A DNA stretch of 64,000 bases, from the NCBI GenBank assembly GCA_951406725.2, contig OX597827.1:59086001-59150000 (forward strand), read 5' to 3'. Below, one piece after another: positions 29,111 to 42,424 of the stretch. The stretch comes from Octopus vulgaris (lineage: Eukaryota). The notes below the pieces were generated by a model. It was not told the origin of the DNA. It saw only the letters and a list, made by a program, of their open reading frames with translations, and ran no database searches. The first letter of the stretch is position 1. Each line of letters begins with the position of its first letter. The translations under genes and the position numbers were made by a program.

Positions 29111-29240
29111 TGTGTGGAGGCGCGATGGCCCAGTGGTTAGTCTTATAGCATTGGGGTGTGTTCATAGTACCGTTTACTCGATCGACCAATTGAGCAAGCG
29201 GAACTATGAACGCACCTATAATGTCTGTGTGTGTGTGTGT
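27249..29240 (+). repeat. Tandem array of 11 copies of a ~105-bp core (SINE head + hairpin) separated by variable (GT)n spacers
   Basis: Cores start near 27319, 27476, 27677, 27840, 28042, 28197, 28382, 28579, 28760, 28951, 29116. Confidence 0.97.
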
Positions 29241-29365
29241 GGGGGGGTGAATATATGTATGGTCTGTTTCGGCGATTCACACGATCCGAAAATAAAGATA
29301 CGCTTATTTACTATAGTTATAATATAGAACTAACTACCTCTAATCTTTTCTGTCTTTTTTTATAG

Positions 29366-29479
29366 GACATATGTAAGAAAGACAACATTCCCCTATACGT
29401 GATGAAATTAGCGCATAAATTGGAATTACTGGTCTATGATAAACTGGTTAACATAGTTAAAGAATCAAACGACGAGGAG
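29366..29479 (+). CDS. Ferritin gene A, helix-C exon DICKKDNIPLYVMKLAHKLELLVYDKLVNIVKESNDEE
   Basis: ctttttttatag / GAG|gtaagt; 114 nt phase 0-0, same length as gene B exon 42311-42424; E107-equivalent kept; absent from ORF track. Confidence 0.9.
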
Positions 29480-29789
29480 GTAAGTAAATGAACATTGGAC
29501 CAAACAGCAAAGTACAACACGAGCGCGTGCACACGCACACGCACATAAATATATGTAGTGCACAGTCTGTTCGTTTCTTTGTATACTTCCCTTTCTGCAG
29601 TTGTCCCTTTTTTCCTGGACAGAGACATTTTTTTTTTTTTTTGCTGACCTTGACATTGTACACAACTTTGATACTTTCCTTCTAGGCATGATTATATACG
29701 TATAGAGAAATACATGGGTGCAGAAGATAGTAAACAATGAAAATAACCGGTAAAGGAAATTATATTTCTTAATACGACGGGCAGAAAGT

Positions 29790-30151
29790 GAATTAGGATT
29801 TTTTACAGAGCGTCGCCCCGACTGGCCTCGTGCCGGTGGCACGTAAAAAGCACCATCCGTTCGTGTCCGTTGCCAGCCTCGCCTGGCCCCCGTGCCGGTG
29901 GCACTTAAAAGCACCATCCGTTCGTGGCCGTTTGCCAGCTCCGTCTGGCACCTGTGCGGGTGGCACGTAAAAAGCACCCACTACACTCACGGAGTGGTTG
30001 GCGTTAGGAAGGGCATCCAGCCGTAGAAACACTGCCAGATCAGACTGGGCCTGATGCAGCCTTCTGGCTTCACAGACCCCAGTTGAACCGTCCAACCCAT
30101 GCTAGCATGGAAAGCGGACGCTAAATGATGATGATGATGATGATGAAGATA

Positions 30152-30183
<32 letters not shown>

Positions 30184-30185
30184 AA
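29790..30185 (+). mobile_element. SINE or LINE-tail element with internal ~55-bp direct repeats and (TGA)n tail
   Basis: Repeated GGTGGCACGTAAAAAGCACC, then GGCGTTAGGAAGGGCATCCAGC; degraded relative at ~36030-36210. Confidence 0.65.
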
Positions 30186-30658
30186 AGAATTGTACGGGTT
30201 GAAGCGAAATTTGTCAGTGAACCAAAGAGCCAGTATCGAAGGAAGCAGAAAAAAGCCGTTAACAACAGAAAAACACAAAACAGTTGCAAAAGTAAAAAAG
30301 AAATTTTTAAGGAAATTAGCTAAGTGTACGGATTTGAGTGAAATTTTTGTAGTTACATCTATCAGTAAATTATGAACTTACTTGTATCCGTAATTCCGTC
30401 AACAACAACAAAAAAAAACCCCACAAAACGTTGCAAACTAAATAACGAAGTGTACGGATTGAAGTGAAATTTCTGAAGTTATTTCTGTCAGTAAATTATG
30501 CATCAAATTACTTCCTTCACTAAGTGAAAGTGAAAACAATAGAGAGTGAGTGATATATAGAGGGAGGGGGAGAGAGAGAGAGAGCTAGTTAGACAAGTAA
30601 GATAGCTAAATAAAATATAGACAGATAGATACAGACAGACTGACAGACAGATAGATAA

Positions 30659-30743
<85 letters not shown>

Positions 30744-31184
30744 GAACGAGAGAGAGAGAGATAGACGTCACTGACGCTAGAAAGCCCGGAAGTAAATATT
30801 TTAAAAAAGATTCTAAGACGTGAATCTGATATAAAAAGCAATATTTTTGTTTTTGACCAATGGATGTAAGGGAGACAATCAATTTGTGAAAGTTACTTTG
30901 CAAAGAGTTACCTCCCTTCTTGCACGTAACCCAGGAACGGGTATTTTCTGCCCCAATGTATCCCGTTACTTATTATGCAAAATATTTTAGGAGTCTAATA
31001 ACCATCCAGGGAACATAAGTAATGTATGCTCCCAGTTTGGAGAAAATCATTTAAAAAATACGGCCATTTACAGACACACAGACAGAACGGCATTTATATT
31101 ATAGATACATGTATATATATATACATAAATATAGATATATAAATATATATATGAATATATATATAAATATATATATATAACTAA

Positions 31185-31281
<97 letters not shown>

Positions 31282-31329
31282 TATATATAAATATATAAAT
31301 ATAGATAAATATAAAACAGATAAAACTTA

Positions 31330-32700
31330 GATATGTTTCGACCAAAGATTGGTCCAGGCCATGTCTAACTTAATAGCACCACCTGATAGGATTATCTAAA
31401 TCCTGTTTAAGTCAAGTTTTGTTTATGGTCCATTCAAGTAGTAAGTTTTTGTTGGGTGAGTTGTATCCAATTATGGGTGGCTTATCTGGTATTCCATGAA
31501 GGAATCTATCCAGACTTCGTTTAAAGTTGGTTGGATCCTTTTCCTCTTTGATCTTTTCGGGACAATGTTAAATAGGGCAGGGCCTGTTGAGGAAAAGAAA
31601 TTATGTTGCAGTGTACATGTATGCTGTGATCTTGAATTGGGCAGGGGACGTATGGCCCGTGGTCCCAGTCTTGGATGAACCGTGAAGCTAATGTTCAGGT
31701 CGTTTGGGCAAAGTTGGCGGTATATTCTCCACATCGTACAATGACGTACCGCTCACGGCGACGCTGGAGAGAGTAGAGTTTCAAGGCTTTAAGGCGGTCC
31801 CAATAATCGAGAGCAGCCATGCCTTCAATTCGTTTAGTGAGTGCCCTCTGGGGTGATTCAATACTCGAAATGTTTTGTCTTGTATGGGGAGATCACAGTG
31901 GGCAGCAGTATTCGAGATGTGGCCGTATAAAGGAGGAGAAAAGTGGTATGATGACACCTTGTTCTCTGGACCGAAAAGTTCTTAAGATCCAGGAACTCAT
32001 CCTACGAGCTATATCGACCTTCTTGTTGATGTGTGCACTCCAACTGTGATCGTCATCAACAATTACACCCAGGTCTCAGATATTGTTAGAGGCTGTGAGC
32101 GGTTCCCCTGAAGGAAGAGAGTATGGCTGTTTTAGTGAGGAATTTCTTCCAAAATGCATCAGCTCAAATTTTCCCTCGTTCAGTTGCATTTTGTTTCTGT
32201 CTGCCCATTGACTCACAGCATATAGATCAGACTGGAGTTGAGTTCGGTCTGCTTCTTCATTGATGATTTGCTGGAGCTTAGTGTCATCAGCAAATATTTT
32301 CACTTTGCAGTAATGTACGACACTGGAAAGGTCGTTTATGTAAATTATAAAGAGTTGCGGGCCCAAGACAGTCCTCTGGGGGACACCGCTGGTGACTTTT
32401 GCTGGGCTTGAGTGGACTCCATCAACTACAACATGTTGTGTTCTATTCGCCAAGAAATACTTAATCCAGTGTAGAAGTTTTCCACGGATTCCAACATTTG
32501 CCAATTTTGAGAGTAGGATATTATGGTCAACCCTGTCGAACGCTTTACTGAAGTCAAGATATATGACATCAGAGTTTGAACCTGTTCCCAAGGCTTTGAG
32601 TATATCTTCAATATGGTGTAAGAGCTGTGTTAGACAGTCCCTGCCACAGCGAAAGCCATGTTAATTTGCATTTAGGAGTTTGTGGGTCTCCAGGAAGTCA
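31330..32700 (-). mobile_element. CR1-group LINE RT fragment with 3' end
   Basis: YLDFSKAFDRVDH, SGVPQRTVLGP, IYINDL, IFADDTK in ORF 32076-32591. Confidence 0.9.
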
Positions 32701-32744
32701 GCTGTCCTTGATCTTAACACTATTTCAAACACTTTATCAAACGC

Positions 32745-32832
<88 letters not shown>

Positions 32833-32899
32833 ATAATAATATATATATATATATATATATATAAACATATAAATATATATATATATATTACAATGCAGG

Positions 32900-33380
32900 A
32901 ACTAACTCAAGCTCTGTCTAAAATTTAGAAGCGTATGGATATAAGGACCAGGAAACTGATGACACTAAACAGAATGCATCACCCAAAATTAGACATCCAT
33001 GGGCTCTATCTCCTACGAAAGGAAGGCGGTTGAGGCCTAATCCAACTTGAAACGTCCTATAAAACCTTATGGAATATAAAACCAGACATAATCAAGAGCC
33101 AGTCACTGACGTAAAGAATGTTACCATCCTATGGACTGTAGGATACATACAGACAGGCAAATAAATGCTAACAGACCAGACATCATCAATAAACCTAAAA
33201 CAAAAAACATATTAGTTGATATGACAGTGTCACTTAGAAACATCTCAGCAAAAGCATTTGAAAAACTGTTGAAATATAAGGACCTTGAGATTGAGATATC
33301 TAGGACGTGGTAATTAAAAACCAAAGCCATCCCTGCTTTTGTAGATGCCCTGGGAATGTTCAAGAAATTTAGAGAATATC
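32900..33380 (+). mobile_element. R4/Dong-like (REL endonuclease) LINE fragment
   Basis: IHTDRQINANRPDI...EKLLKYKDLEIEISRTW. Confidence 0.75.
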
Positions 33381-33381
33381 A

Positions 33382-33461
<80 letters not shown>

Positions 33462-33750
33462 TACGACGGGCTTCTTTCAGTTTCTGTCTACCAAATCCAT
33501 TCACAAGGCTTTGGTCAGCCCCGAGGCTATAGTAGATGACACTTGCCCAAGGTTCCACACAGTGGGACTGAACCTGAAACCATGTGGCTGGTAAGCAAGC
33601 TAACTTACCACACAGCCACTCCTGCCGCTTAACATTTTGCTCGGTATGCACCGTGAGCAAGTGTCTTTTACTATAACTTCGGGCCAGCCAAATCCTTGTA
33701 AATGGATTTAGTAAACGGAAATTGAAAAAAAGCCTGTCGTGTGTGTGTGT

Positions 33751-33819
<69 letters not shown>

Positions 33820-34281
33820 GATGCGTGTGTGTTTGTCCCCCACCACCGCTTGACAACAGGTGCTGGTGCGTTTACTTCCCTGTAACTTAGCGGTTCGACA
33901 AAGGAGACCGATAGAATAAATACTAGGCTTAGAAAAAAGCCCTAGAGTCGGTTTGTTCGACTAAAATCCACCGAGAGAGAGAGAGAAAGAGAGAGAGAAG
34001 AAGTAATGTATTTTCCAATATATCCTTCCTAGACAGTAGATATGTGGTTTAAAGAGGATTTCGCTGTTGTTTCTAGCCGATGAGTGATCACGAAGAAGCT
34101 CCGTCGCCGTTACACAGTTCATGGTTGAGCTCAGTTGGGGGTCGAAACTTTAAAGAGATTGACTTAATTAATGACGTTGGCCACCAATAGGAAGATCATG
34201 TCTTTTAAGTATTTTGTATGTCTTGTTTATATAATAACCCTAAGAAGTATTTACGAATTTCATATATTTTGCTTATTTCAG

Positions 34282-34434
34282 TTGAAACATTTTATTGAAC
34301 ATGAATATCTAGACGAGCAAATTGAGTCCATCAAACAAATCTCCGACTACGAAATACAAATGGCGAGATTGGGATGTGGTTTGGGCTTCTACATTTTCGA
34401 CCAGCAGTTTCTTCAGAATGACGCAAAGAGTTAA
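34282..34434 (+). CDS. Ferritin gene A, last exon (helices D/E) LKHFIEHEYLDEQIESIKQISDYEIQMARLGCGLGFYIFDQQFLQNDAKS*
   Basis: ttatttcag acceptor; matches ferritin signature DFIExxYLxEQVxxIK and GLGEYxFD; stop at 34432-34434. Confidence 0.96.
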   Translation: MKHFIEHEYLDEQIESIKQISDYEIQMARLGCGLGFYIFDQQFLQNDAKS

Positions 34435-34732
34435 AGCCACAGATATTCACATAATATACAATATATAACGTCATAAACACTTTCTCTTTCCTCCTCTCCT
34501 ACTTTTCTTCTTTCTTTCTTTCACTCTTTCTGTCTCTCTATCTTTCTTCCTTTCTCTCCGGTTTCCGTATTTACTTTAAACTGAAACATAAAGATCGATC
34601 CTACTTTCCTAAACAGTTATAAATGGATGAAAACAACATCCTTTTCACTAACACTAGTAGCCAGATAAAAGAACGATCTAACTATATTTTTACTTAACTT
34701 TCTATATATGTGTATATATACATATACACATT

Positions 34733-34799
<67 letters not shown>

Positions 34800-34857
34800 G
34801 TATGTATGTTTGTATGTATAACATAAAGGTGTCAGATCATGTTTACACATAGTTGTA

Positions 34858-35240
34858 GATATTTAAGAAAGAAAAATATGTAAAATCTCACAGGAGGTTT
34901 GTATGATAAAATTTATGCTTATACTAAGACAAAGAGTTGCATTACAACATTATATAATAATATAATAAACTGGTAGCACGGTTTCGCGTTTTACGCATAT
35001 AAAACTTCCAAGGTCTTAGATTTCAGTACAGAGAGAATTTATGTTAAGTGATGGGGACGCCATTTTTGTTGACAACAAAAATGGCGTCCCCATGGAAGTT
35101 TGATAAGCGTAAGACGCGAAACTGGTACTCCCAGTTTATTATTTGATGTTGTAATGCAACTCTTTGCTTCAATATGATCTTAATATTAGCATGAATTTTA
35201 TTATACAAACCTCCTGTGCGTTTTTACATATTTTCTTTCT

Positions 35241-35248
<8 letters not shown>
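34858..35248. repeat. Foldback element with nested perfect hairpin
   Basis: Arms ~34858-35010 and ~35091-35248 are reverse complements; ATGGGGACGCCATTTTTGTTG-A-CAACAAAAATGGCGTCCCCAT at ~35050-35092. Confidence 0.85.
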
Positions 35249-35310
<62 letters not shown>

Positions 35311-35325
35311 CATTTATTATAATAA

Positions 35326-35372
<47 letters not shown>

Positions 35373-37240
35373 ATCTGTGTATGTATTTATAAATATGCTC
35401 ATAGGTATGCTTATAATTATGTATATCTTCATAAACAAATATATATATGCATACAAAGAAATATACATGCGTATATGTGTGTACGTTTGTATGTATGTAT
35501 ACATGTATGTATATGATATAATGTGATGTTTGATTCTAATCACTAGATCTCGCACACCTGACCCCGTCACCCATATTCCTTACACTTTCATACCGCAATA
35601 AAACAGCAATTATGCTCGATAACCATATACTCAGAAACTCTCTCACAGCTTTACTCGTCCCCTAAAACAAAAGGGCCTAAGCAAACGCATGCAAAAGAAA
35701 TGTATACCAACAATAGGAAACGACTTTACTATACTATTTAAACCAAATAAATTCATTGTTTTTTTCCAAAGCAACAAAGAAGACCCAACGCTTGTCGACG
35801 GTGTGTAAAATTTGTAGAACAACAATAAAAGTTTTTAATAAAAAGACAACAAAAAAAACGTACTCTTGCTTTTGTGTTCATTCTATTATGTTTTGTTAGC
35901 TTTTATCTCTCTCTTTATCCCACTCTACAAGAGGAAATATTTCTTCTCGCTTCTCTCATGCGTCCATCATACTCCTACGAAAAGTCGCCTACCACTCACG
36001 GTTCGTAGTCTTGCGTGAACTGTGTGGCGACCAAAACTCGTGCTGGTGGCGCGAAGTAAAAAAAGTGCCTACTACATGCTGTGAAATGGTTAGCGTTAGG
36101 AACGGAATCGAGCTGTAGAGAACAAACCAAAGTAGAAACTGGAGTATGATGCAGTCCATTTAGATCATCGGATCCTGTCAACTCTTAGCATGGAACACAG
36201 ACGGTGAATGCTGCTACTGTGGCCGCCGCCGCTGCTGCCGTCGCCGCCACTGCTGCCGCCGCCGCCGCTGCTGCTGCTGCTGCTGCTACACTGCTAATGC
36301 TGCTGCTACTGCTGCTGATATATGAAACAAAGCCTCCATTAACTTTATAAACACCCTCTATAAGTTTAACCAATTCAAGAACGAGAATCTCAGTGTAGGA
36401 CAATTCCGAAACAATGAAAATCAAAAGATACAAAACGTTCAGTGAGAAACACATATAAATAAACATATATGTCCCATCACCATCTGCTTATATCTAGGCA
36501 TGTGTGCATGCATGTACACACACACATATACACACGCATACACACACTCACATATACTGATTGGTTGGTTCAATCATTCATTCAGTCATTGTTTGAGTGA
36601 AAGGGATCTACTTAAAGACTGAGGCATATTAACATGTAATACACCACACTTGATGGCTAGACAGTATGACACAATGCGTTCCATTTGTGAAGAGTTCATC
36701 AAGGAAAGGGAGTTTACTGGCGTTTGGTAATCCGCAAATCCAAAAGTATCCAAAATGGTGGATCTTTCAGTATGACGTAATAATAAAAGACAAACCAATG
36801 GATTACACTGTGTAACAATTTAATTTTTTTTTTGTCTTTGGTCAGTAAGTGTTATTTTACAGTAGATGCAAGATTTAGCTGATCATCTTTCTGAACAGTT
36901 AAAAAGGCAGTGTCGTCTGCCTATCTACATTTGTCGATGTTCATAGCTCCTACTGGCTTAAATTTTCATCTGCATATCAAGTGTCGTCTGCATATCTATG
37001 ATTGTCGATGTTCATAACTAGTATTGGTTTCAAATTTTTACACAAAGTCAGCAATTTCGGGGAAGGAGATAAGTCGATTACATCGACCTCAGTACTCAAC
37101 TGATACTTATTTTATCAATCCCGAAAGGATGAAAGTCAAAGCTGACCTCGGTGGAATTTGAACTGAGAACGTAAAAACGGACGAGATGCTACTAAGCATT
37201 TTACCCGGCGTGCAAACGATCCTGGTAGCTCGCCGCCTTA

Positions 37241-37317
<77 letters not shown>

Positions 37318-37343
37318 TAATAATAATAAATATAATAATAATG

Positions 37344-37375
<32 letters not shown>

Positions 37376-38504
37376 AATAATAATAATTATTATTATTATT
37401 AGTGGGATGAATTGAAGTGAAGTAGAGTGCAGTGAGTGGAGATGGTAAAGTGGTATTAAGCTGCTTGAGTGGAATTGATTGAGTAGAATTAGCGGAGTAA
37501 CTGGATTGAGTGAAAAGGCATGAATGAAGTGGAGTATAGTAGAGTTTGTGGAGTTAAGTGAGTGAGAGGGAGAGAGAGAGGAAGAGAAAAAGAGACGTAA
37601 CAATTTTATTTGATATAAAGCTGTTTTATTATTACATAAGCAGAAAATTTTCGCATTTTCAAGAAATATAAAATGAGTTTGGAAATTCATTTCCAAATAT
37701 CCCAGTAAACTTAAACAAGATAAAAAAAAGAAAGACAAAGAAAAATTATAAAAGTAAACTAAACAATTAGTTGAATGTCAACTGGAATTTTGGAAAGGGC
37801 CTTTATAGTGATCACAATTGATTTTAACCAGGCACAAATTCCTTACTTTCGAAATTGTAAAGTTATATCTTAGGAGGGTCGTTATGCCAATAAACATACG
37901 CACTGGTTTCAAGTTCACTTCTTTATTATTCGTCAATTGGCTAGCTGTTTAACCAAGTAACCAATGTAGTGTTTAATTAATTATTTAGTTAATCAATCCA
38001 GCTGACCTGGAGCAGACAGAGAATGTCATTGGAGGGATCACAGGTGGCAGTGAAAGGACTTTGGTAAACATAACTGGTTGATTGCTTAAGCGAATAATAA
38101 TCAATCAAACAATCGATTTCTTTTTGTTGGTTAAATATCAAACCAATTGACGAACGATAAAGAAGTTAAATATAATTAGTGCGTGTGTTTATTATTGGCA
38201 TAATGATCTCCCAAGTTACAAAAACAAATCTGTTTCAACACACGAGTTCACATCAAGAATCTTGTAAAACCAAATACAAAAACGAAATAAAAAGTTATTG
38301 AAATAACTTTTATGATAAATGGATTGTAATGCTACAAACTAATCCACTACACTTCAATCTTAAGATATTTACGTTCACTCAACTCTTCCATCTTTCTGAT
38401 CTCTGGTCAGCTTCAGGTGTCTTTTACTTGCATAAATACGTATCCTAGATGTATTTCGAAGCAGGAACCCTTATTTCTAAGGCATTTGTCTACTTATCTA
38501 AGTA

Positions 38505-39021
38505 CCGTAAATCCTCGAGTATAGTCCGCCCTTGAGTATAACACGCAGGGGATTTTTAGGGGGTTGTACTTCTGAAAAACCTGAACCTTGTGTATAATAC
38601 GTACCCCTTCTCTAACTTGAGTCGAGCGTAATTAAGCCAGAAGCACCTAGTCGAACAAACACTTCCGCGCATGCGTAATACAATAACGGTAATGTTCTTA
38701 ACTGTTACATGGGAATGTAAATATGTTTGCAAATTGTTTTTGTTACATGTTATTCTGTGTTCTGAATACTTTTATTTTAATAAATGTTCCTTACTGCAAG
38801 TTATGGATGGTTCTTTTATGACTTCATTGCTTTCAGGCTTAAGGTATTTTCGCGCCCGATATCACAAAATGCGTTTGAATAAACATTGCCGGACAGCAAA
38901 TAGAGACTCGGACATTGCTTAGAAAATATTTTTCATTTTTAACCTCGTATATAGTACGCACTATGGATTTTGACCGTTAAATTTTGGGGAAAAAATGCGG
39001 ATTATACTCCAGGATTTACGG
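38505..39021. mobile_element. Tc1/mariner-superfamily (pogo/Tc2-like) MITE
   Basis: TA|CCGTAAATCCTCGAGTATAGTCCGC ... GCGGATTATACTCCAGGATTTACGG|TA; TA target duplication; no ORF. Confidence 0.85.
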
Positions 39022-39609
39022 TATTTGCTTTCCGGTAATTTCAATATTTACATAACTACACTCCCTTTCCATTGGCTTGATCTCCAATCGGATTCAAGCA
39101 TATTATTTCATGGCTAAGTACATCGCCTAAGGTTGAATTCGAAGTAGGTATTTTTATTTCTAAACTACGGTTAGCAACCTGCTTCCATTAGATTTAAGAT
39201 TTACGACATTTTTTTAAATATTTACACTACACTTCGTTCGGTTTGATTGCCGATGATCTTCAGGTGTTTTATTCACTTGTTTAACCTAAATTCATACGAT
39301 GCTCGAAAAGCTAACACACCGAAATATATGTTAGAAGTAAATATTGCTGGACCTTTCATCTTTAAAGATGAGTATAGCATCGGACAAAATGCTTAGCGGT
39401 GTTTGTTTATAGGCGCAGGCGTGGCTGTGTGATAAGAAGCTTGCTTCCCAATCACATGGTTCTAGGTTCAGTCCCACTATGTGGCACCTCGGGGAAGAAT
39501 CTTCTACTAAAGCATCGGGCCGACCAATGGATTTGATAAACAAAAACTTTAAAAAGCCAGTCGCGTGAGTGTTTTTGTGTGTGTGTATGTGTGTGTGTGT
39601 GTGTGTGCA

Positions 39610-39654
<45 letters not shown>

Positions 39655-40142
39655 GCATGCGTGTGTATGTGTGTGTGTGTGTTTGTCCCCCACCATCGCT
39701 TGATAAACGATGGTCGAAAAGCTAACACATCGCTTGATAACCGACGTTGGTGTGTTTGCATCCCCGTAATTGAGCGGTTTGGGAAAAGACACCGATAAAA
39801 TAAGTACCAGTCCTTAAAAAAATAAAAATTGGGGTCGATTCATTCGGAAGAAATACCGATAAGTATTTTGTTTGACGTGCTAGCGATTTTTGCCCGCTCG
39901 TCGCCTTTGAAACGGTTATAATATAACGAAGATAGAATAATATATTTTGTTAGACAGAATAAGATATAGGCTAAAATATAATGAATATATTACCATGTCA
40001 CGATATTATACTATAAAATAATCGAAAACAACCTAAAAGATTTCATCTCTATTACTTACTGGTTGGATAATAGTGAAAGCGTTTAGGGGAAAAGAGCTGA
40101 ATACTATCGCACTAGTTTTCATTAAAGAGGATATTCGTTGCC

Positions 40143-40148
40143 TTTATT
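40143..40148 (-). promoter_or_regulatory. Candidate polyadenylation signal (AATAAA) of ferritin gene B
   Basis: tttatt on + strand ~50 nt past the gene B stop codon. Confidence 0.5.
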
Positions 40149-40198
40149 TATCACTTCAGAACAGCGAAGTATTAAAATATAAAATTAGGCTAACTGAT

Positions 40199-40369
40199 TT
40201 AATGTTTGTCTTGCATGTTTGAATTACTCCCACTCAAGAAACGATTATCCATCATATATTGTCCCACGTAGGATTGATTGAACCTTGAAAGTTGGGTAAC
40301 GTAGTCTGACAGCTGTTTGATGGATTCCACTTGTTCATCCAAATATTCATGTTCAAGGAAATGTTGCAA
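40199..40369 (-). CDS. Ferritin gene B, last exon LQHFLEHEYLDEQVESIKQLSDYVTQLSRFNQSYVGQYMMDNRFLSGSNSNMQDKH*
   Basis: ttttgtttcag acceptor; ferritin helix D signature with Q141; 171 nt including stop. Confidence 0.96.
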   Translation of the reverse strand: MQHFLEHEYLDEQVESIKQLSDYVTQLSRFNQSYVGQYMMDNRFLSGSNSNMQDKH

Positions 40370-41425
40370 CTGAAACAAAATAAAAAAAGAAAACATTGTA
40401 AAAAGAAATATATATAAAAAGCAAATAAGTAACAAGGATGTTCATGGGTCAGTGCATTACAGCCGTTTCAAGCGGCTCCATTTAATCGATCAATGCAAAC
40501 ATTATACAAATTTGAAATAAACCACGCTCCCCAGACACATACGACCATATAGATTTCCAACATGCAGAATATAACTCCATTATAATTTTATAATAAATAG
40601 TTAATAAATTGTATCGTATTTATTATTCTATTTTTTTATTTAAACAAGAATATATTTGTTAAGATATTTCGTGTTTTACAAGATTGATTACGTATATTTA
40701 TTAATTTATCTAATTAATTATATTATTGTTTTTATCTTTAACCTGAAGAGTGGCTATATTTATACTGAAGTGGTTTTACTATTATTATTACTATTATCAT
40801 TTCTTAAATATAGCCATGAAACACGTTATTCTACTAAATATAAACGTTTTATTTACTATTTTTCACATTACTTAATCATTGTTATATGTTTTATCTTATA
40901 TTTAATCTTTCTATAATATGTAATTTTTCTAAATGTTATAATTTTTCATTATTGAATTGATAAAAGGTGTTTTTTTCTAATATATATATATAAAAGAAGT
41001 GTGTATAATTGTAAATAAATCACAATTATAATGGAGGGGGTTGGTAAAACCCTTACATGTCTAGAATTATACACAGTTCTTTTACGAAAAAATTTTGGGG
41101 TTCCTAACTTTGAAATTGCAATATAGGACTAACCTTTTATATAAGTTTTGAATTTTATGTCATGTCGCCCTCCGACGGCTTTATTGCGAAGAGATATAAT
41201 ATGAGTGGTTATGATGGCTTTATAGCGGTTTTGACTGCTATTTCTAGACATGTAAGGGATTTTGCAACCCTCTCCGTTATAATTGTGATTCATTCACAAT
41301 TATACACATTTCTTTTATGAAAAAAATTCTTTGATTGCATGTTCTGGCCAGTAATATATTCATAAATAATTTTGAATTGTTTACGATATATCCTTCGTAA
41401 TGTATTTTTACATTCTTCTTTAATT

Positions 41426-41494
<69 letters not shown>

Positions 41495-42107
41495 TACATA
41501 CACACACACACTCACACACACATATGTAATGTATATGTAGATATACACACACACCCACAAGGTCTTCTTTCAGAATTTCGGGAAAGCTATTTGTCACATC
41601 CCTGGCCAGCCACTTGTAGCGCCTCAAACATGAAGGGAACGGCCGGGACCCTAGGATAATGGAAGCAAACGCTGTGAGCTTTGTATGCCGAACGCACAAG
41701 GATACTCAGACATCCCCTGAAACCTGGATCGCCGAACACACGCCAAGAAATCTATAGTCCTTGCATCCATTTCAAACGCTACCTGCTGCAAGCATGGAAT
41801 TCCCTGTTCTCCGATTAGACCCGGAAGGGTCCTTACGATCTAAAAGCAGCCCAAGGGAAAAATCCCATGTTCCCCTTCTTTTGGCCCACAAAATTTGGTC
41901 TAAGGGATATAACCCGTCCTCACTGACTCCAGACAATTAATTTTTTTGTTGATATACTGACCAAATGACCATAACGGATTCCTGCCTCCCAGAGGTGAAG
42001 AGTTACATTTGTCTTCGACTTCAGAGTTTCACGAGACGTTCGCGGGATAAAGCTCTTTGTGAATGCGAAACCATTGGTCACTCTGTTACTGGACATAGAC
42101 TTAAATG

Positions 42108-42151
<44 letters not shown>

Positions 42152-42310
42152 AGAAAAGAGGGAAATGATGTCCTGTGACGTAAGGAAGAAAAGGCAAAGA
42201 GAAAGAGATATGTTTAGGATACAATATTTAACAAAGGGTGATATTCTAGTGGCAGTGGTGTGTGTTTGTGTGTATGTAATATATATATATATACAGTTCA
42301 TATTGTTCAC

Positions 42311-42424
42311 CTGTGGGTCCATACTGATATCAACAATATTTCGAAGGGAATTATAGACAGCTTTTTCTAGGCCTACGGCATCTTCCATAGCAAGCAAGGG
42401 GACATCTTCTGCATGGATCTTTAC
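42311..42424 (-). CDS. Ferritin gene B, helix-C exon VKIHAEDVPLLAMEDAVGLEKAVYNSLRNIVDISMDPQ
   Basis: tttttcag / CAG|gtgaac; 114 nt phase 0-0; matches ferritin AMExALxLEKxVNQSL...DPQ. Confidence 0.95.

Noticed and set aside
27249-29240. CRISPR-like repeat-spacer appearance
   Set aside because: Repeats are ~105 bp, spacers are (GT)n microsatellite and not unique sequence, there are no cas genes, and the context is a eukaryotic intron
36207-36320. Poly-Ala ORF and GCC/GCT tract
   Set aside because: Trinucleotide tail of a degraded SINE-like element in the intergenic gap
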